Shown here piece after piece: positions 20,716-30,540 of a DNA stretch of 64,000 nt; within the stretch, counting starts at the first letter, position 1, and the number at the start of each line of letters is the position of its first letter. Both the position numbers and the translations under genes were made by a program. The notes beneath the pieces were generated by a model. The model did no database searches. It was not told the DNA's origin and saw only the letters and a list, made by a program, of their open reading frames with translations. The DNA lies in NCBI GenBank assembly GCA_963755915.1, contig CAVWLP010000003.1, positions 1,344,001-1,408,000 of the forward strand. The letters are read 5' to 3'. Source of the DNA: an uncultured Phycisphaerales bacterium (GTDB taxonomy: Bacteria > Planctomycetota > Phycisphaerae > Tepidisphaerales > Tepidisphaeraceae).

Positions 20716-21330
20716 CTATTGAGGCGTGCCTTCCCATTGCCTGGCGGCCAGTTCACACAGGCTTTCGATCATGCTCACCTGAAGACTGTCCGGTTCGTTG
20801 GCCTGGAGTGTCAACTTCACCGCTTTTCGGTTCCATCCCGTCATATGTTTGACGAAATCCGGCGGGTTCGACGGGTTATTCACGTCCATCTGCTCAATCG
20901 CAAGAACATGTTTGGGCGAACTGGCGGGTGAATACTGGGCGCCATTTTTGACCAGCAATTTCGCACTGACGGCCTTGGCCAACACGTTCGGCAGATAGAC
21001 CGCGAGCGATCCATCGCGATTGTCTTCCAGCGCGAAAACCTGCATGCGGTATTTTCCATCGGCGATGAAAAACCGCACCACCTGCAATCCGACGGTGCTG
21101 ATCGCCTTGGGCGCCAATTCCCCGAGCTTCACAACCAATCGCCGCCAGAGCTTGCCATGCGCGGTATCAGCCTCTCCATCGCACACCGCCAGATGCTTTT
21201 CGATGTTGACACGATCGCGCGCTCCGGTCTTGGCGAGCAATTCTTCGAGTCGCGCGTCGATGCCCGGCACCTGCGATGCATTCATCAGCATGGAAACTCC
21301 TTGCGAGGCAATAAAATCGGCGGTGAGCAT
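20716..21330 (-). CDS. Hypothetical protein
   Basis: 204-aa ORF with GAGGAG RBS, directly downstream of RRM copy 2. Confidence 0.7.
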   Translation of the reverse strand: MLTADFIASQGVSMLMNASQVPGIDARLEELLAKTGARDRVNIEKHLAVCDGEADTAHGKLWRRLVVKLGELAPKAISTVGLQVVRFFIADGKYRMQVFALEDNRDGSLAVYLPNVLAKAVSAKLLVKNGAQYSPASSPKHVLAIEQMDVNNPSNPPDFVKHMTGWNRKAVKLTLQANEPDSLQVSMIESLCELAARQWEGTPQ

Positions 21331-21388
21331 GGCGCTTGCTCCTCACCGCCGATATGTTTTAGCGATTCGACTGAACGGGGCGGCCGAT

Positions 21389-21750
21389 TCAATACCGGCT
21401 GCGGCCACCACCGCCGCCACCATATCCACCGCCGCCGCCTTTGCTGCGGCCACCGCCGCCGCCGCCATATCCACCACCGCCACCGCCGCCACGGGGCCGC
21501 TCTTCGCGGGGCTTGGCTTCGTTCACGGTCAGGGCACGGCCACCGACTTCCTTGCCGTTCAGCGCGCCGATGGCGGCCTTGGCTTCTTCATCGCTGGCCA
21601 TCTGCACAAACCCGAAGCCTTTGCTTCGGCCAGTTTCGCGATCGGCGATAATTTCGGCATCTGCACCGCGCCATGAGGCGAAAACAGTTGTTCCAGTTCC
21701 GAACCTGTGACGTTGTAGCTCAGGTTCCCGACGTATAACTTGCTTCCCAT
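21389..21750 (-). CDS. RRM RNA-binding protein, copy 2 (1-nt frameshift near 21659)
   Basis: SKLYVGNL / KGFGFVQM / [12 protein letters not shown] plus GGGY tail. Confidence 0.9.
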
Positions 21751-22107
21751 ATGGGTAGTTCCTCTAAAGGGCTTTTGCGCCGACTCGATAATTCCGCGAC
21801 GCACCGGAAGTGGGCCAAGGGGCCCGTTGGTAGGAAAGCGAGGGAGAGACTTAGGACGGGAACTGAGATGTTTATCAGCGCTCGTGCCGAGAGACTCGGT
21901 CGTCGAACTTACCGGCTCCATTCTAGCAGGTTTGTCAGGCAAAGTCCATTCCAGTTCGGTGGGCAATCGTCTCTGTCCGCGATTTAGCAGTGGATTGCCC
22001 GGTAATTCGCGCTACGCTTCATTATCGACTGTTGCCATTTCCAAACCTTCATGGAGCGTGAAGGCTTTCGTGATTCGTCGCGTTATTCTATGGAGAGGGT
22101 GTGTCCT

Positions 22108-22299
22108 ATGTCAGCTTCAGATCAAGCAGTTGTGGATTTCCTGAGCGACTGTACCGGATCGGCCCCGCATAAGCTGAAAGTCGCCCTAACGCTGGCGGAA
22201 TCGATGGTGTGTGAACTGAAGTTAAGCCTCGGCGAATGGGAACTGACGGTAAAAAACTTGCAGGCCGTCAAAACCGCGGCTGAATGGGCAATGAATTAG
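22108..22299 (+). CDS. Small hypothetical protein, weakly ACP-like
   Basis: 63-aa ORF; ends ELTVKNLQAVK, like ACP C-termini, but has no DSL motif. Confidence 0.3.
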   Translation: MSASDQAVVDFLSDCTGSAPHKLKVALTLAESMVCELKLSLGEWELTVKNLQAVKTAAEWAMN

Positions 22300-22411
22300 T
22301 CCGGAATGTGAAGCTGTGCCTGTCAAGGCGTCTGCACCAACTGGATCAGCATTCTACTCCCCGCCGCTCTTCTCCGCATGATATGATCCTCGCCTTACTC
22401 TCAGGAGGATC

Positions 22412-24094
22412 ATGTCCAACGTCTCGATGTCGAAAATAAAATCGCGTCCCCGCATCCACACTCTCGCCCTTCTGGCAATCCTCGCCCCACTGCTCTCGGT
22501 AATCGGCTGCGACAAATCCTCTCCATCGGTCGACGCTGCTCCCCCCACCACGTCACCTTCCGCATCAATGCCCCCCGCAGCAACGTCCCCCGCATCAACC
22601 TCCGCCGCAGCGGATGTCCCCGGCGGCTACAGCCTTGCCGCCTCCACCGATTCCGGAAAATCGCTTGTCACCCAGAAGCCCAATATCGCCTCCGTGCAGG
22701 CTGCCCTGATGTCTACATTCCCCGATCTGGAAACCTATTTCGGCAACCGCCCGCAGATCGGCTCCGCTTATCAGGACGCACATGATTCCACCAGCGGCGG
22801 CGCAACCTTCAGCGCGATCTATCACAACCAGCCGGTTCGCGGCATCGTCTCCTGCAAGCTCCACGACGGCGGCGCCGCCGTTGCCGTCGTCTTCGGCCGC
22901 ACCGATGCCCCAAAATCCGACTGGGAAAAGCTGATGAAGCCCGCGCCTGCGGCCCAACCCCCCGCCGCAGCTTCCCCTACCGGAGCTGCGCCCGCCGCTC
23001 CCGTCGCCGCCACTCCCGACGCCTCCACCCCCAGCATCCCGCTGAATGAATATGATTACGCCGACGGCACCGGCAGCGTTGGCCTCGCCGACGGCTGGAC
23101 CACCAAGTCTCAGTCCGCCTGCGATCCCACGGCCATTACCGGCCCCGCCGACCAGATGGTCGTCCTCCACAACAGCGCCAACGTCTCCACCCCCGATTCC
23201 ATGGCCGTGAGACAGCGGCAGAACCTGCTGGCGATGCAGGCCCAGAACTCCGCCAACTACGCGCGGATGGGAATGAATCTCCCCGCCCCCAAGCCGCTGC
23301 CGCCTCTGCTCGTCGCCCCCTTCACCGACCCGGTCACCGCGATTCAGAACATGATTCCCCAGTTCAGCAAACGCAGCGAATTTTATAACGGCCCATCCGT
23401 CGCCCTCGACAAAATCCTCTCCTCGCAGGATCTCCCCTGTGCGTTGCCGAACGGGAAACGCGCCCTCATCGACTACACTTTCACCCGCACACAAAACGAC
23501 CAGTCCACGTTAATGCGCGTCCGGATCATGTTGGTGGTCGCTCCCATTGGCCAGGAAGACCCTCCCACCTCCTGGATGTGGTTCTGCGCTAAGGGTATGC
23601 AGGCCCCGGATGCCACCTTCGATCGCGATCTGCCCATCATGCAGGCGATCGCCAATTCCGAGAAGGTCAACCAGGACCGCGCGATGCAGGTGGTGCAGGC
23701 CCGCAATCAGCAGATGCAGCAGATGTCCAAGCAGATGGCGGCTGCCGCCAACGCTCAGATGCAGGCGCAGTATCGCCAGTTCCAGCAGGACCAGCAGACC
23801 CGTGCCGACATCCACCAGCAGTATATGGCCCAAACCCAGGCCGGTTACGACGCCCACAACGCCCAGTTCGCCAACTACGAATGGCAGCGATCGCGCAGCT
23901 CCGCCGACTTCGATGAATCGATCATCGGCACCCGCACCATCTACGACACCGTCACCGGCGAAAGCGGCTACGCCAACCTTTCGGATGTCAACGGCGTCGT
24001 CGATTCGCTCAACCAGGCGGCGCTCGATCCCAACCGATTTGTTCAGATTCCCCTCCGCGACCAGCTTTACCCGAACCCGCCGCCGAGTAAGTGA
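22412..24094 (+). CDS. Lipoprotein of unknown function with Pro/Ala linkers and a Gln-rich C-terminal helix
   Basis: Lipobox LLSVIGC; AGGAGG RBS; 560-aa ORF. Confidence 0.75.
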   Translation: MSNVSMSKIKSRPRIHTLALLAILAPLLSVIGCDKSSPSVDAAPPTTSPSASMPPAATSPASTSAAADVPGGYSLAASTDSGKSLVTQKPNIASVQAALMSTFPDLETYFGNRPQIGSAYQDAHDSTSGGATFSAIYHNQPVRGIVSCKLHDGGAAVAVVFGRTDAPKSDWEKLMKPAPAAQPPAAASPTGAAPAAPVAATPDASTPSIPLNEYDYADGTGSVGLADGWTTKSQSACDPTAITGPADQMVVLHNSANVSTPDSMAVRQRQNLLAMQAQNSANYARMGMNLPAPKPLPPLLVAPFTDPVTAIQNMIPQFSKRSEFYNGPSVALDKILSSQDLPCALPNGKRALIDYTFTRTQNDQSTLMRVRIMLVVAPIGQEDPPTSWMWFCAKGMQAPDATFDRDLPIMQAIANSEKVNQDRAMQVVQARNQQMQQMSKQMAAAANAQMQAQYRQFQQDQQTRADIHQQYMAQTQAGYDAHNAQFANYEWQRSRSSADFDESIIGTRTIYDTVTGESGYANLSDVNGVVDSLNQAALDPNRFVQIPLRDQLYPNPPPSK

Positions 24095-24901
24095 GTGCCG
24101 AAGCGAATTCCTTCGCCGCGCGATTCTTTCCGGTCTACTCCTCTACTTTCTAGAGCATTTTCATTTCAATCGTAGCGTCTGCGTTGCTTTGGGCGAGGTT
24201 GGCCGCAAGGAAGAACGACGAAGCGGGTTTGAATAGACCCGTTAAGGAGCGATGACGCCGCGGACGACCTCGCCCAAAGCAACCCCGAAGGGGTCGCCGA
24301 AGGCGACGCGGACGCTACGAGTGAGATGAAACTGCTCTGGTGTTCCTCTTTCTCGCGCAGCGCTGGGCCTTCAAGACAAAATTGGACAGTCCGCAACAAG
24401 ATGGGATGGATAGATAAGCTGGATAAGGCAAAAGCGAGGCCTTTGCCCCTAGCTGACCACATTGGTGGATTTCTGATTTTCCCCTCCCCTGGTGCTGCGG
24501 CGGAGGGCGGGGGTTGGGGCGGGGGAGGGGTCGCGGACGTCGCCTCCTTAACCCTCGTAATGGCGCGCAGATTAGCGCGCTCACTAATGAAGGGAGGGAC
24601 TGCATTAGCTTTCGCCTTGCGGTTTCGTTCGCTTTCGGGGCAACGATTTCTTGGAACGCGCAAGGTAACGATGCACCATTTGATCAAACATCCGCGGAAA
24701 CTCGATCATGAAAATGTGCGTGTCCTTGTCTTGGAATTCTTCCATAAAAGGACCGTGCATCATCATGTCGCGAAAGCGGTGTCACGGGGCGCGCCAAAAC
24801 CAGCCAGGGCGGGGCGCTTCAAAACCGGCCAATGTGCTGACGTATTCTATACCGCATCCGTTCTATCCGACGCAACTGTTCCTTGAGTTATTGGTCCCCG
24901 T

Positions 24902-25792
24902 TCACGCCGTCTGGCCGGCGGATACCCCCACATCAGAAGACAACGGCGGCTCTGTCACGGTGTCTTCCGGGGGGGAGCACCCTTCATCGCCGGCGGTACT
25001 CCGCCGTCCTTTTGGATTTGTCTTTTCCGGTGTCCCGGATTGGCCTGCCGTGAGCGAAGTCGAATGGCCCCCATGCCGAAGGCGGTAGCTCTTGCCGGTG
25101 ATGTTGATGATCGTGGCGTGCTGCAGGAACCGATCCAGAATGGCCGTGGCCGCCGGCACGTCGCCGATCAGCTTGGCCCAGTCCTCCAGTGGACGGTTGC
25201 TGGTCATCATCGTCGAGCGGTTCTCGTGCCGGCGCATGACGATCTCCAGCAGGCATTCGCCGCTGCGCCGCGGAAGCTGCTTCATTCCCATGTCGTCGAT
25301 GATAAGCAGATCAGGCTTGAGATACCGGGCCAGCGTCTTGTCCTGGGCTCCCAGATCCTCGTCGCCTAAAAAGTCGCGGGCCAGGTCGAAGATGGATCGG
25401 TACAGGACCACCAAGCCGCTCTTGATCGCCTGGTGTCCGATGGCCTGGGCCAAAAACGATTTGCCCACGCCGGGCGGACCCAGCAAGAGCACGTCACGTT
25501 TGTCACGAATGAACTGGCCGGCGGCCAGATCGTGAATCTGTTTGCGTTTGATGGAGGTGTTGAAGGAGAAGTCGAACTCGTCGAGGTTTTTGGTGTCGCG
25601 GAACATCGCCGCCTTGACGCGCCGGCCGATCTGCCGGCTGGATCGGACGTTCAGTTCATCCTGAAGGATCAGTTCCAAAAACTCACTGTGGTCGAGCCGA
25701 TTGCCGGCCGCCTCGCTCAGGCGAACTTCAAGGCTGCTCGCCAGACCTGAAAGCCGAAGTTGCTTGAGCGTCTGCATCAACGAAGGTCTCAT
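24902..25792 (-). CDS. istB: IS21 helper ATPase IstB
   Basis: GPPGVGKS, LLIIDDMG, TSNRP, AILDR, GKSYR. Confidence 0.95.
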   Translation of the reverse strand: MRPSLMQTLKQLRLSGLASSLEVRLSEAAGNRLDHSEFLELILQDELNVRSSRQIGRRVKAAMFRDTKNLDEFDFSFNTSIKRKQIHDLAAGQFIRDKRDVLLLGPPGVGKSFLAQAIGHQAIKSGLVVLYRSIFDLARDFLGDEDLGAQDKTLARYLKPDLLIIDDMGMKQLPRRSGECLLEIVMRRHENRSTMMTSNRPLEDWAKLIGDVPAATAILDRFLQHATIINITGKSYRLRHGGHSTSLTAGQSGTPEKTNPKGRRSTAGDEGCSPPEDTVTEPPLSSDVGVSAGQTA

Positions 25793-27685
25793 GGGGTGGA
25801 CTCCCTTCGGCTCTGCTCAGGGCAGGCCTGTAAAGGTTGTGCGGCAGGCAAAGCCTCCGCTTGGGTGATTGCGTCGCGTACGAACTGTCCGTAATCGGCC
25901 AGTCCGCGGATGATTGGATGTTCCTGAACAAACTCGAAGTGTTGTTGAACCGGCGCGCCGTTTTGGTGTTCGATGAGCTGCCGCAGGGAGCGCAGGTGAT
26001 ACGCGCCATGCCCCAGAGCAATCTCGCAGGCTCGTTCCACGGCCGGTCGCGGCTGCTGATTGGCCAGCGACAGCAGCCCCATCAACACGCGCACGCCTTC
26101 GATGCCGCGATGCTGAAGCATTGACTGCGCCACTGCGTGGCGTGCGGCCCGATGCATTCGATCCGCTGGAGAAGCCAGGTCGTTCCACGCTCGATGCCGC
26201 TGATCTTCTCCGGCAGGATATGGGCGTCTTGCGTCGAGAACCTGCCCGGCGGACGCTGCGCGTGCAGAGCGATCGCACGCATCTTCTGATCGAACAGCCG
26301 GACCGTGCGCCGTCCCACCGCGCCCAGACCCGCTGGCCCAAAAACTCCGGCGGGACCGAATAGTACGCCCCCTTGATCTCCACGTGCCCGTCGCGGTGAA
26401 CACTGCGCAACGCCTCGGTGAAAAGATCGAATCGCACCGGCGGCAGAGCCAACAGTGCCGGCTTCTCTACCTGCTCGAAGACTTCCTTCACCTGCCGCCG
26501 CGTCGTGCCGTGGATGCGCGTGTCGGCCACGCTCTTCTCCCACGTCAGCAGATGCGCGTTCTGATCCGAGAGCGAGGCGAATTGCCGGCCTTTGAGAGCA
26601 TTGCTCTTCACATAGCCGATGCCCCGCTCGATCTTCCCCTTGTGCCGCGGCGTGTACGGCTTGGTGGGCAGAATGGCGATTCCATAATGTTCGGCGAACG
26701 ACCGGACCTTGGGACACAACTCCGCCTCGAACCAGTCCGCCCGCGTCACCGCCGCGCGAAGATTGTCGATCACCAGCGCTGACGGCATCCCGCCGAAGTG
26801 CGTAAAGGCATTTTCCAGACAACGCAGAAAATCATCGGTCGTCTGCCGCTCCACCGCCTCGGCGTACCCCTTGCGGCTGTGGCTCAGCACAATGCGGAAG
26901 ACCCAGGTTGCTTTGCGTTTGCCGTCAGGACCGACCAGGGCGCACCCCGGCCGAAGTCCACCTGCGCCTCGGCTCCCGGCTCGCATTCCATCCGGCGAAA
27001 GGGCGCCGGCGCGGCAGCCGAGAGCTTCTTGATGAACCGGCGCACGCTGTAATAGCTGCCGGCATAGCCGTGATCGCTGGAGATGTCTTGATAAATCCGC
27101 TGGGCCGTCAGCCCGGCTTCCAACTTCTGAACAATGACCTCACGCCAGGGCGATGCCGTACTGACCGACCCGATGGGCGCGCCGGATAACCCGGTGGGCG
27201 CGCTCTCCGAGCCGCCTGCGGCGAGCACCGTCGAGCCGCCTGCGGCGAGCACCGTCGAGCCGCCTGCGGCGAGCACCGTCGAGCCGCCTGCGGCGAGCAC
27301 CGTCGAGCCGCCTGCGGCGAGCACCGTCGAGCCGCCTGCGGCGAGCACCGTCGAGCCGCCTGCGGCGAGCACCGTCGAGCCGCCTGCGGCGAGCACCGTC
27401 GAGCCGCCTGCGGCGAGCACCGTCGAGCCGCCTGCGGCGAGCACCGTCGAGCCGCCTGCGGCGAGCACCGTCGAGCCGCCTGCGGCGAGCACCGTCGAGC
27501 CGAGGGGCGCGCTGGCCGGTTTTGAATCCGATCCGGGCGCCGCAGGATCGCCGCCCGACAACCGGATGTGGCGTCCAACGGTCTCCCGGTGAACGCCGAG
27601 TTGGCGGGCGATGTTCCGATTGGACCAGCCGCTGCGCAAGTGCCAAAATTGCTTGTACTTCCGCCATCTTGAGTTGATTGGCCAT
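25789..27685 (-). CDS. istA: IS21 transposase IstA (several frameshifts)
   Basis: HTH (SNRNIARQLGVHRETV), EAQVDFG, IDNLR, KGKIERG, RIHGTT spread over several frames; ATGA overlap with istB. Confidence 0.88.
27208..27502. repeat. Perfect tandem repeat, 12 x 24 bp (CGAGCCGCCTGCGGCGAGCACCGT), inside istA
   Basis: 288 bp plus a 7-bp partial unit; encodes (STVLAAGG)12 in the IstA frame. Confidence 0.95.
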
Positions 27686-28820
27686 CCCACCATTGGCTTG
27701 CGGCAACCGCCGAAAGCCAAGGTCGATAACCCAATCTCCTGTGCCTCAAAATGGCCGGTTTTGGTGCGCCCTCAATTGGCCGGTTTTGCGCGCCCATGAC
27801 AAAGCGGTGCAGGCGATGAATTTCTCGCTCGGCACCCTCGACATCGCCGGATTTGATCGCTTCGTAGGTCGCCCGAGCAATCTCGTAAAACCACGGCATT
27901 TCGTCGCGGACCATACTCGCCGCCAGCAGAATGCCGAGCGGATCATCAAATTCTCGCCCATCCATGTGCATTATTTCTTCCAAAATCAGCGGGTGAAAAC
28001 GACGACCCCGGCGCCGACCAAATGGACGAACTGCGTCTGAGATTCGCGCCTCTAATCGCGAGGGCAAATCCTGAAACATCACCTTCACCTCTTCGAAGAG
28101 CTTTGCGGCGGAGCCATCATCGGATTTCTTCGGCGGGGGAACCGCCGAGGCGCTCCCAATATTTTTCAGCAGTTCGGATGTCTTCTTTGAAAACTCGGCG
28201 ACCTGCGAATCGACAATGCTTTTTTGCGGATCGGCGTTTGGAAGGCGTCGAGCGAGCTGTATCACGAGCTTGGAAATCGACTCAAGATCGTCATCACAGT
28301 TTTGAAACTGGGCAAACGGGCCTGTGGATGCCTGCGAAAGGGGAACGCCAAGTGCCAATCCATGTACCGGCGTGTCGAGCTTTCCCTTGGCAACGCCCGC
28401 CTCGTAGAGGATCCAAGGCCGCCCGAGACTGTGTTGAGTAAGCAAGCAAACCACATCAGACGCCTGCTCAAGATTCTTCATGATTTCTGGGTACCACTCC
28501 GAGCCGTATTCAAGTCCTTGCTTCCCAGATTTGTCGGATGACCGAAATGACTTGAGCATTCCGCATGTCACGTTGCTGAGTAGGGAGCTAAAGGCTTCGG
28601 CTAACGCCGCGTCACGGGTGTCATGGCTGATGAAAACGAGCGCTTTGCCGGTGGGCACGGATGGTCCAGTGCTAGCATCGTTGTTGCGCACAGCCTGCTT
28701 TTGAAGCTTCGACATGATTGCCCTCAACCTAATTGTAGCTGAAGCATCGATTTGGCGGCAAGTTTTTGCGAACGAACGAAGGCCAGAGCGACCATATCAT
28801 CGTATCGTGACCACGATAAG

Positions 28821-29330
28821 CTAGATTATTCCGGCTTTCTGAAATTGAGTAATGACCCTCATGAACGCCTTTTCATCGGGGAAGCCTTGAAGATCAGAGA
28901 AAGGACCATTGTTTGACGGAAGCGCAATTGTTGGTCCAACCGCGCCAACCCCGCTCGCCGCAACGATATCCCAAAATGCTTGAGGTACATTGTAGTTTGT
29001 CCGTCCATCCCAGTTACCGTGCTGTATAAATAATCCGGAACTTGCAGTGCTCGTCGAAGTAACTGCAACAGCGAACGGCTGTTGGTCAAGCGCGAAGTCC
29101 TTTTGGTCAACCCGATAAAGGTTGCATACCAATATTGTGGTGTCGTTTGCAGTCGTCGAGGACATGAGAAGCGCTTCGGGGCATTTCGCCTGAAGGGCAG
29201 CGGATATCACCGAGGGGAGTTCGTCCTGACTAAGGACCATGTAGCCAGGATCACACTTAATCTGTTGCTTTAAGGCGATTAGCTCTTGGACTTGCTGATG
29301 TTTAACATCAATCCAATCGTATTTGGCCAT
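28821..29330 (-). CDS. Hypothetical protein, low GC
   Basis: 169-aa ORF with AT-rich codon usage, upstream of and co-oriented with the TIR gene. Confidence 0.6.
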   Translation of the reverse strand: MAKYDWIDVKHQQVQELIALKQQIKCDPGYMVLSQDELPSVISAALQAKCPEALLMSSTTANDTTILVCNLYRVDQKDFALDQQPFAVAVTSTSTASSGLFIQHGNWDGRTNYNVPQAFWDIVAASGVGAVGPTIALPSNNGPFSDLQGFPDEKAFMRVITQFQKAGII

Positions 29331-29548
29331 ACAAAATATTTTATACGGGCTTTCCACGGATTAAACCTTAAACCCTGAATCCGGGACATTCAGACAATCA
29401 CCTATTATTCGACCAACGAACGGGTGGCTTTTCCTCAGCATTTCAAATCTTACAACTGCCCGCAGAAAACTAGGGCCGTCTCCGACGGTCAATCTGCAAA
29501 CGCCGGAGCCCTTCGGCTTTGCTCCAGCGTGAAAGTATATCCGGGGCA

Positions 29549-29597
29549 AAATGGGGTTGGGTTCCGTTCCAGAGAAAACGGAACCTAACCCCTATTT
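29549..29597. repeat. Palindromic REP-like element (copy A)
   Basis: GGGGTTGGGTTCCGTT-CCAGAGAA-AACGGAACCTAACCCC; a related copy lies at 30403-30451. Confidence 0.7.
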
Positions 29598-29786
29598 GCT
29601 CTTAACCCAGCGACGCGTCCAACCGACGGATTCATGGCGGCCATTCATCAAACATTAAAGATGCCGTTGACGCATCGGCCACGCTGGTCCCGTGGCCGTT
29701 GGGTTGCTGTCACCGACTGCCCGGTTCAAAAAAGAAAAGAGCCGCGGTAAAGCGGCCCTTTTCTGCTAATGATTTGCCGTTAACGC

Positions 29787-30135
29787 TTAGCGGCCGCGTG
29801 ACCCGCCGGCATAACCCGAATTGGATCGGTTGCCGTCGGCGTATCCGCGGCCACCGCCGGCGCCACCACCACCGCCGCTGCGGTTTTCCTTCGGCTTGGC
29901 TTCGTTAACCGTCAGCGCCCGTCCGCCGACTTCCTGTCCATTCAGCGCCGCGATCGCCGCCTGCGCTTCGGCCTGGCTACCCATCTCGACAAATCCAAAG
30001 CCCTTGCTTCGGCCCGTGTCGCGATCGGTGATGATTTGCGAGCTCTCGACGGTTCCGTGCGGGGGTGAACATTTCCCCCAGTGCGGCACTTTCCACGTCG
30101 TAGCTCAGATTTCCAACATACAACTTCTTACCCAT
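29787..30135 (-). CDS. RRM RNA-binding protein, copy 3 (extra base in G-run near 30063)
   Basis: KKLYVGNL / KGFGFVEM / [11 protein letters not shown] plus Gly tail. Confidence 0.9.
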
Positions 30136-30402
30136 GTGATTCTCCTTTTTGAGAATGGGCAACAGACCAGGTATTTTACTTTCGAGGTCAAACAAAAGAG
30201 GCCAGAAACATCGGCCCAGACAGGCCGGAGGGATGAGGGTATTAGAGACAGCAGGCAGGAACAAACTGCAGCAGAATCTGATTCGATCAGCGGACCAACC
30301 GAAGCCACTGTATCCGAAAGCCGCGGCCGTGTCCATTTATTTCCCGAATCGGTACGGGTGCAGTCATTTCAGCTGTTTGGCCGGCCGGCCTGACTTCGGG
30401 GG

Positions 30403-30451
30403 AAAAGGGGTCAGATTCCGTTCCAGAGAAAACGGAACCTGGCCCCTTTTT
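30403..30451. repeat. Palindromic REP-like element (copy B)
   Basis: AAAAGGGGTCAGATTCCGTT-CCAGAGAA-AACGGAACCTGGCCCCTTTT. Confidence 0.7.
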
Positions 30452-30488
30452 GCTCTGCGTCGACAACCCCGAGTCGCGAGTTGCAAGT

Positions 30489-30540
30489 AGAAGCGGCGTC
30501 CCGCCGCATTCCCGCATGCCAGCGGCGGGACGCCGCTTCT
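30489..30540. repeat. GC-rich palindrome (REP-like)
   Basis: AGAAGCGGCGTCCCGCCGC...GCGGCGGGACGCCGCTTCT. Confidence 0.65.

Larger units (their letters stand above)
24780..27801 (-). mobile_element. IS21-family insertion sequence
   Basis: Ends TGTCA...TGACA with repeated AAAACC(G/A)GCC subterminal motifs; 6-bp TSD AAGCGG (24774-24779, 27802-27807); istA/istB pair. Confidence 0.95.
24605..28715 (-). pseudogene. TIR-domain protein gene interrupted by IS21
   Basis: VFISH...WILYEAG TIR domain at 28715-27802. Removing the IS and one TSD copy restores the frame into RDMMMHGPFMEEF...QGES* (24773-24605). Confidence 0.88.

Noticed and set aside
22108-22299. Functional acyl carrier protein for the desaturase cluster
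   Set aside because: Lacks the conserved DSL phosphopantetheine-attachment motif.
24245-24330. Small GAAG-loop hairpins (CCCCGAAGGGG, GTCGCCGAAGGCGAC) as an ncRNA
   Set aside because: Too short, single copy, and no promoter or terminator support.
27208-27502. Possible CRISPR array
   Set aside because: Units are contiguous and identical with no spacers, lie in-frame in istA, and no cas genes are present.
27108-27801. 539-aa TIR ORF with an (RRCSPQAA)n repeat tail as a real TIR-repeat protein
   Set aside because: The tail is read-through into the IS21 in a non-transposase frame; the true C-terminus is at 24605-24773.
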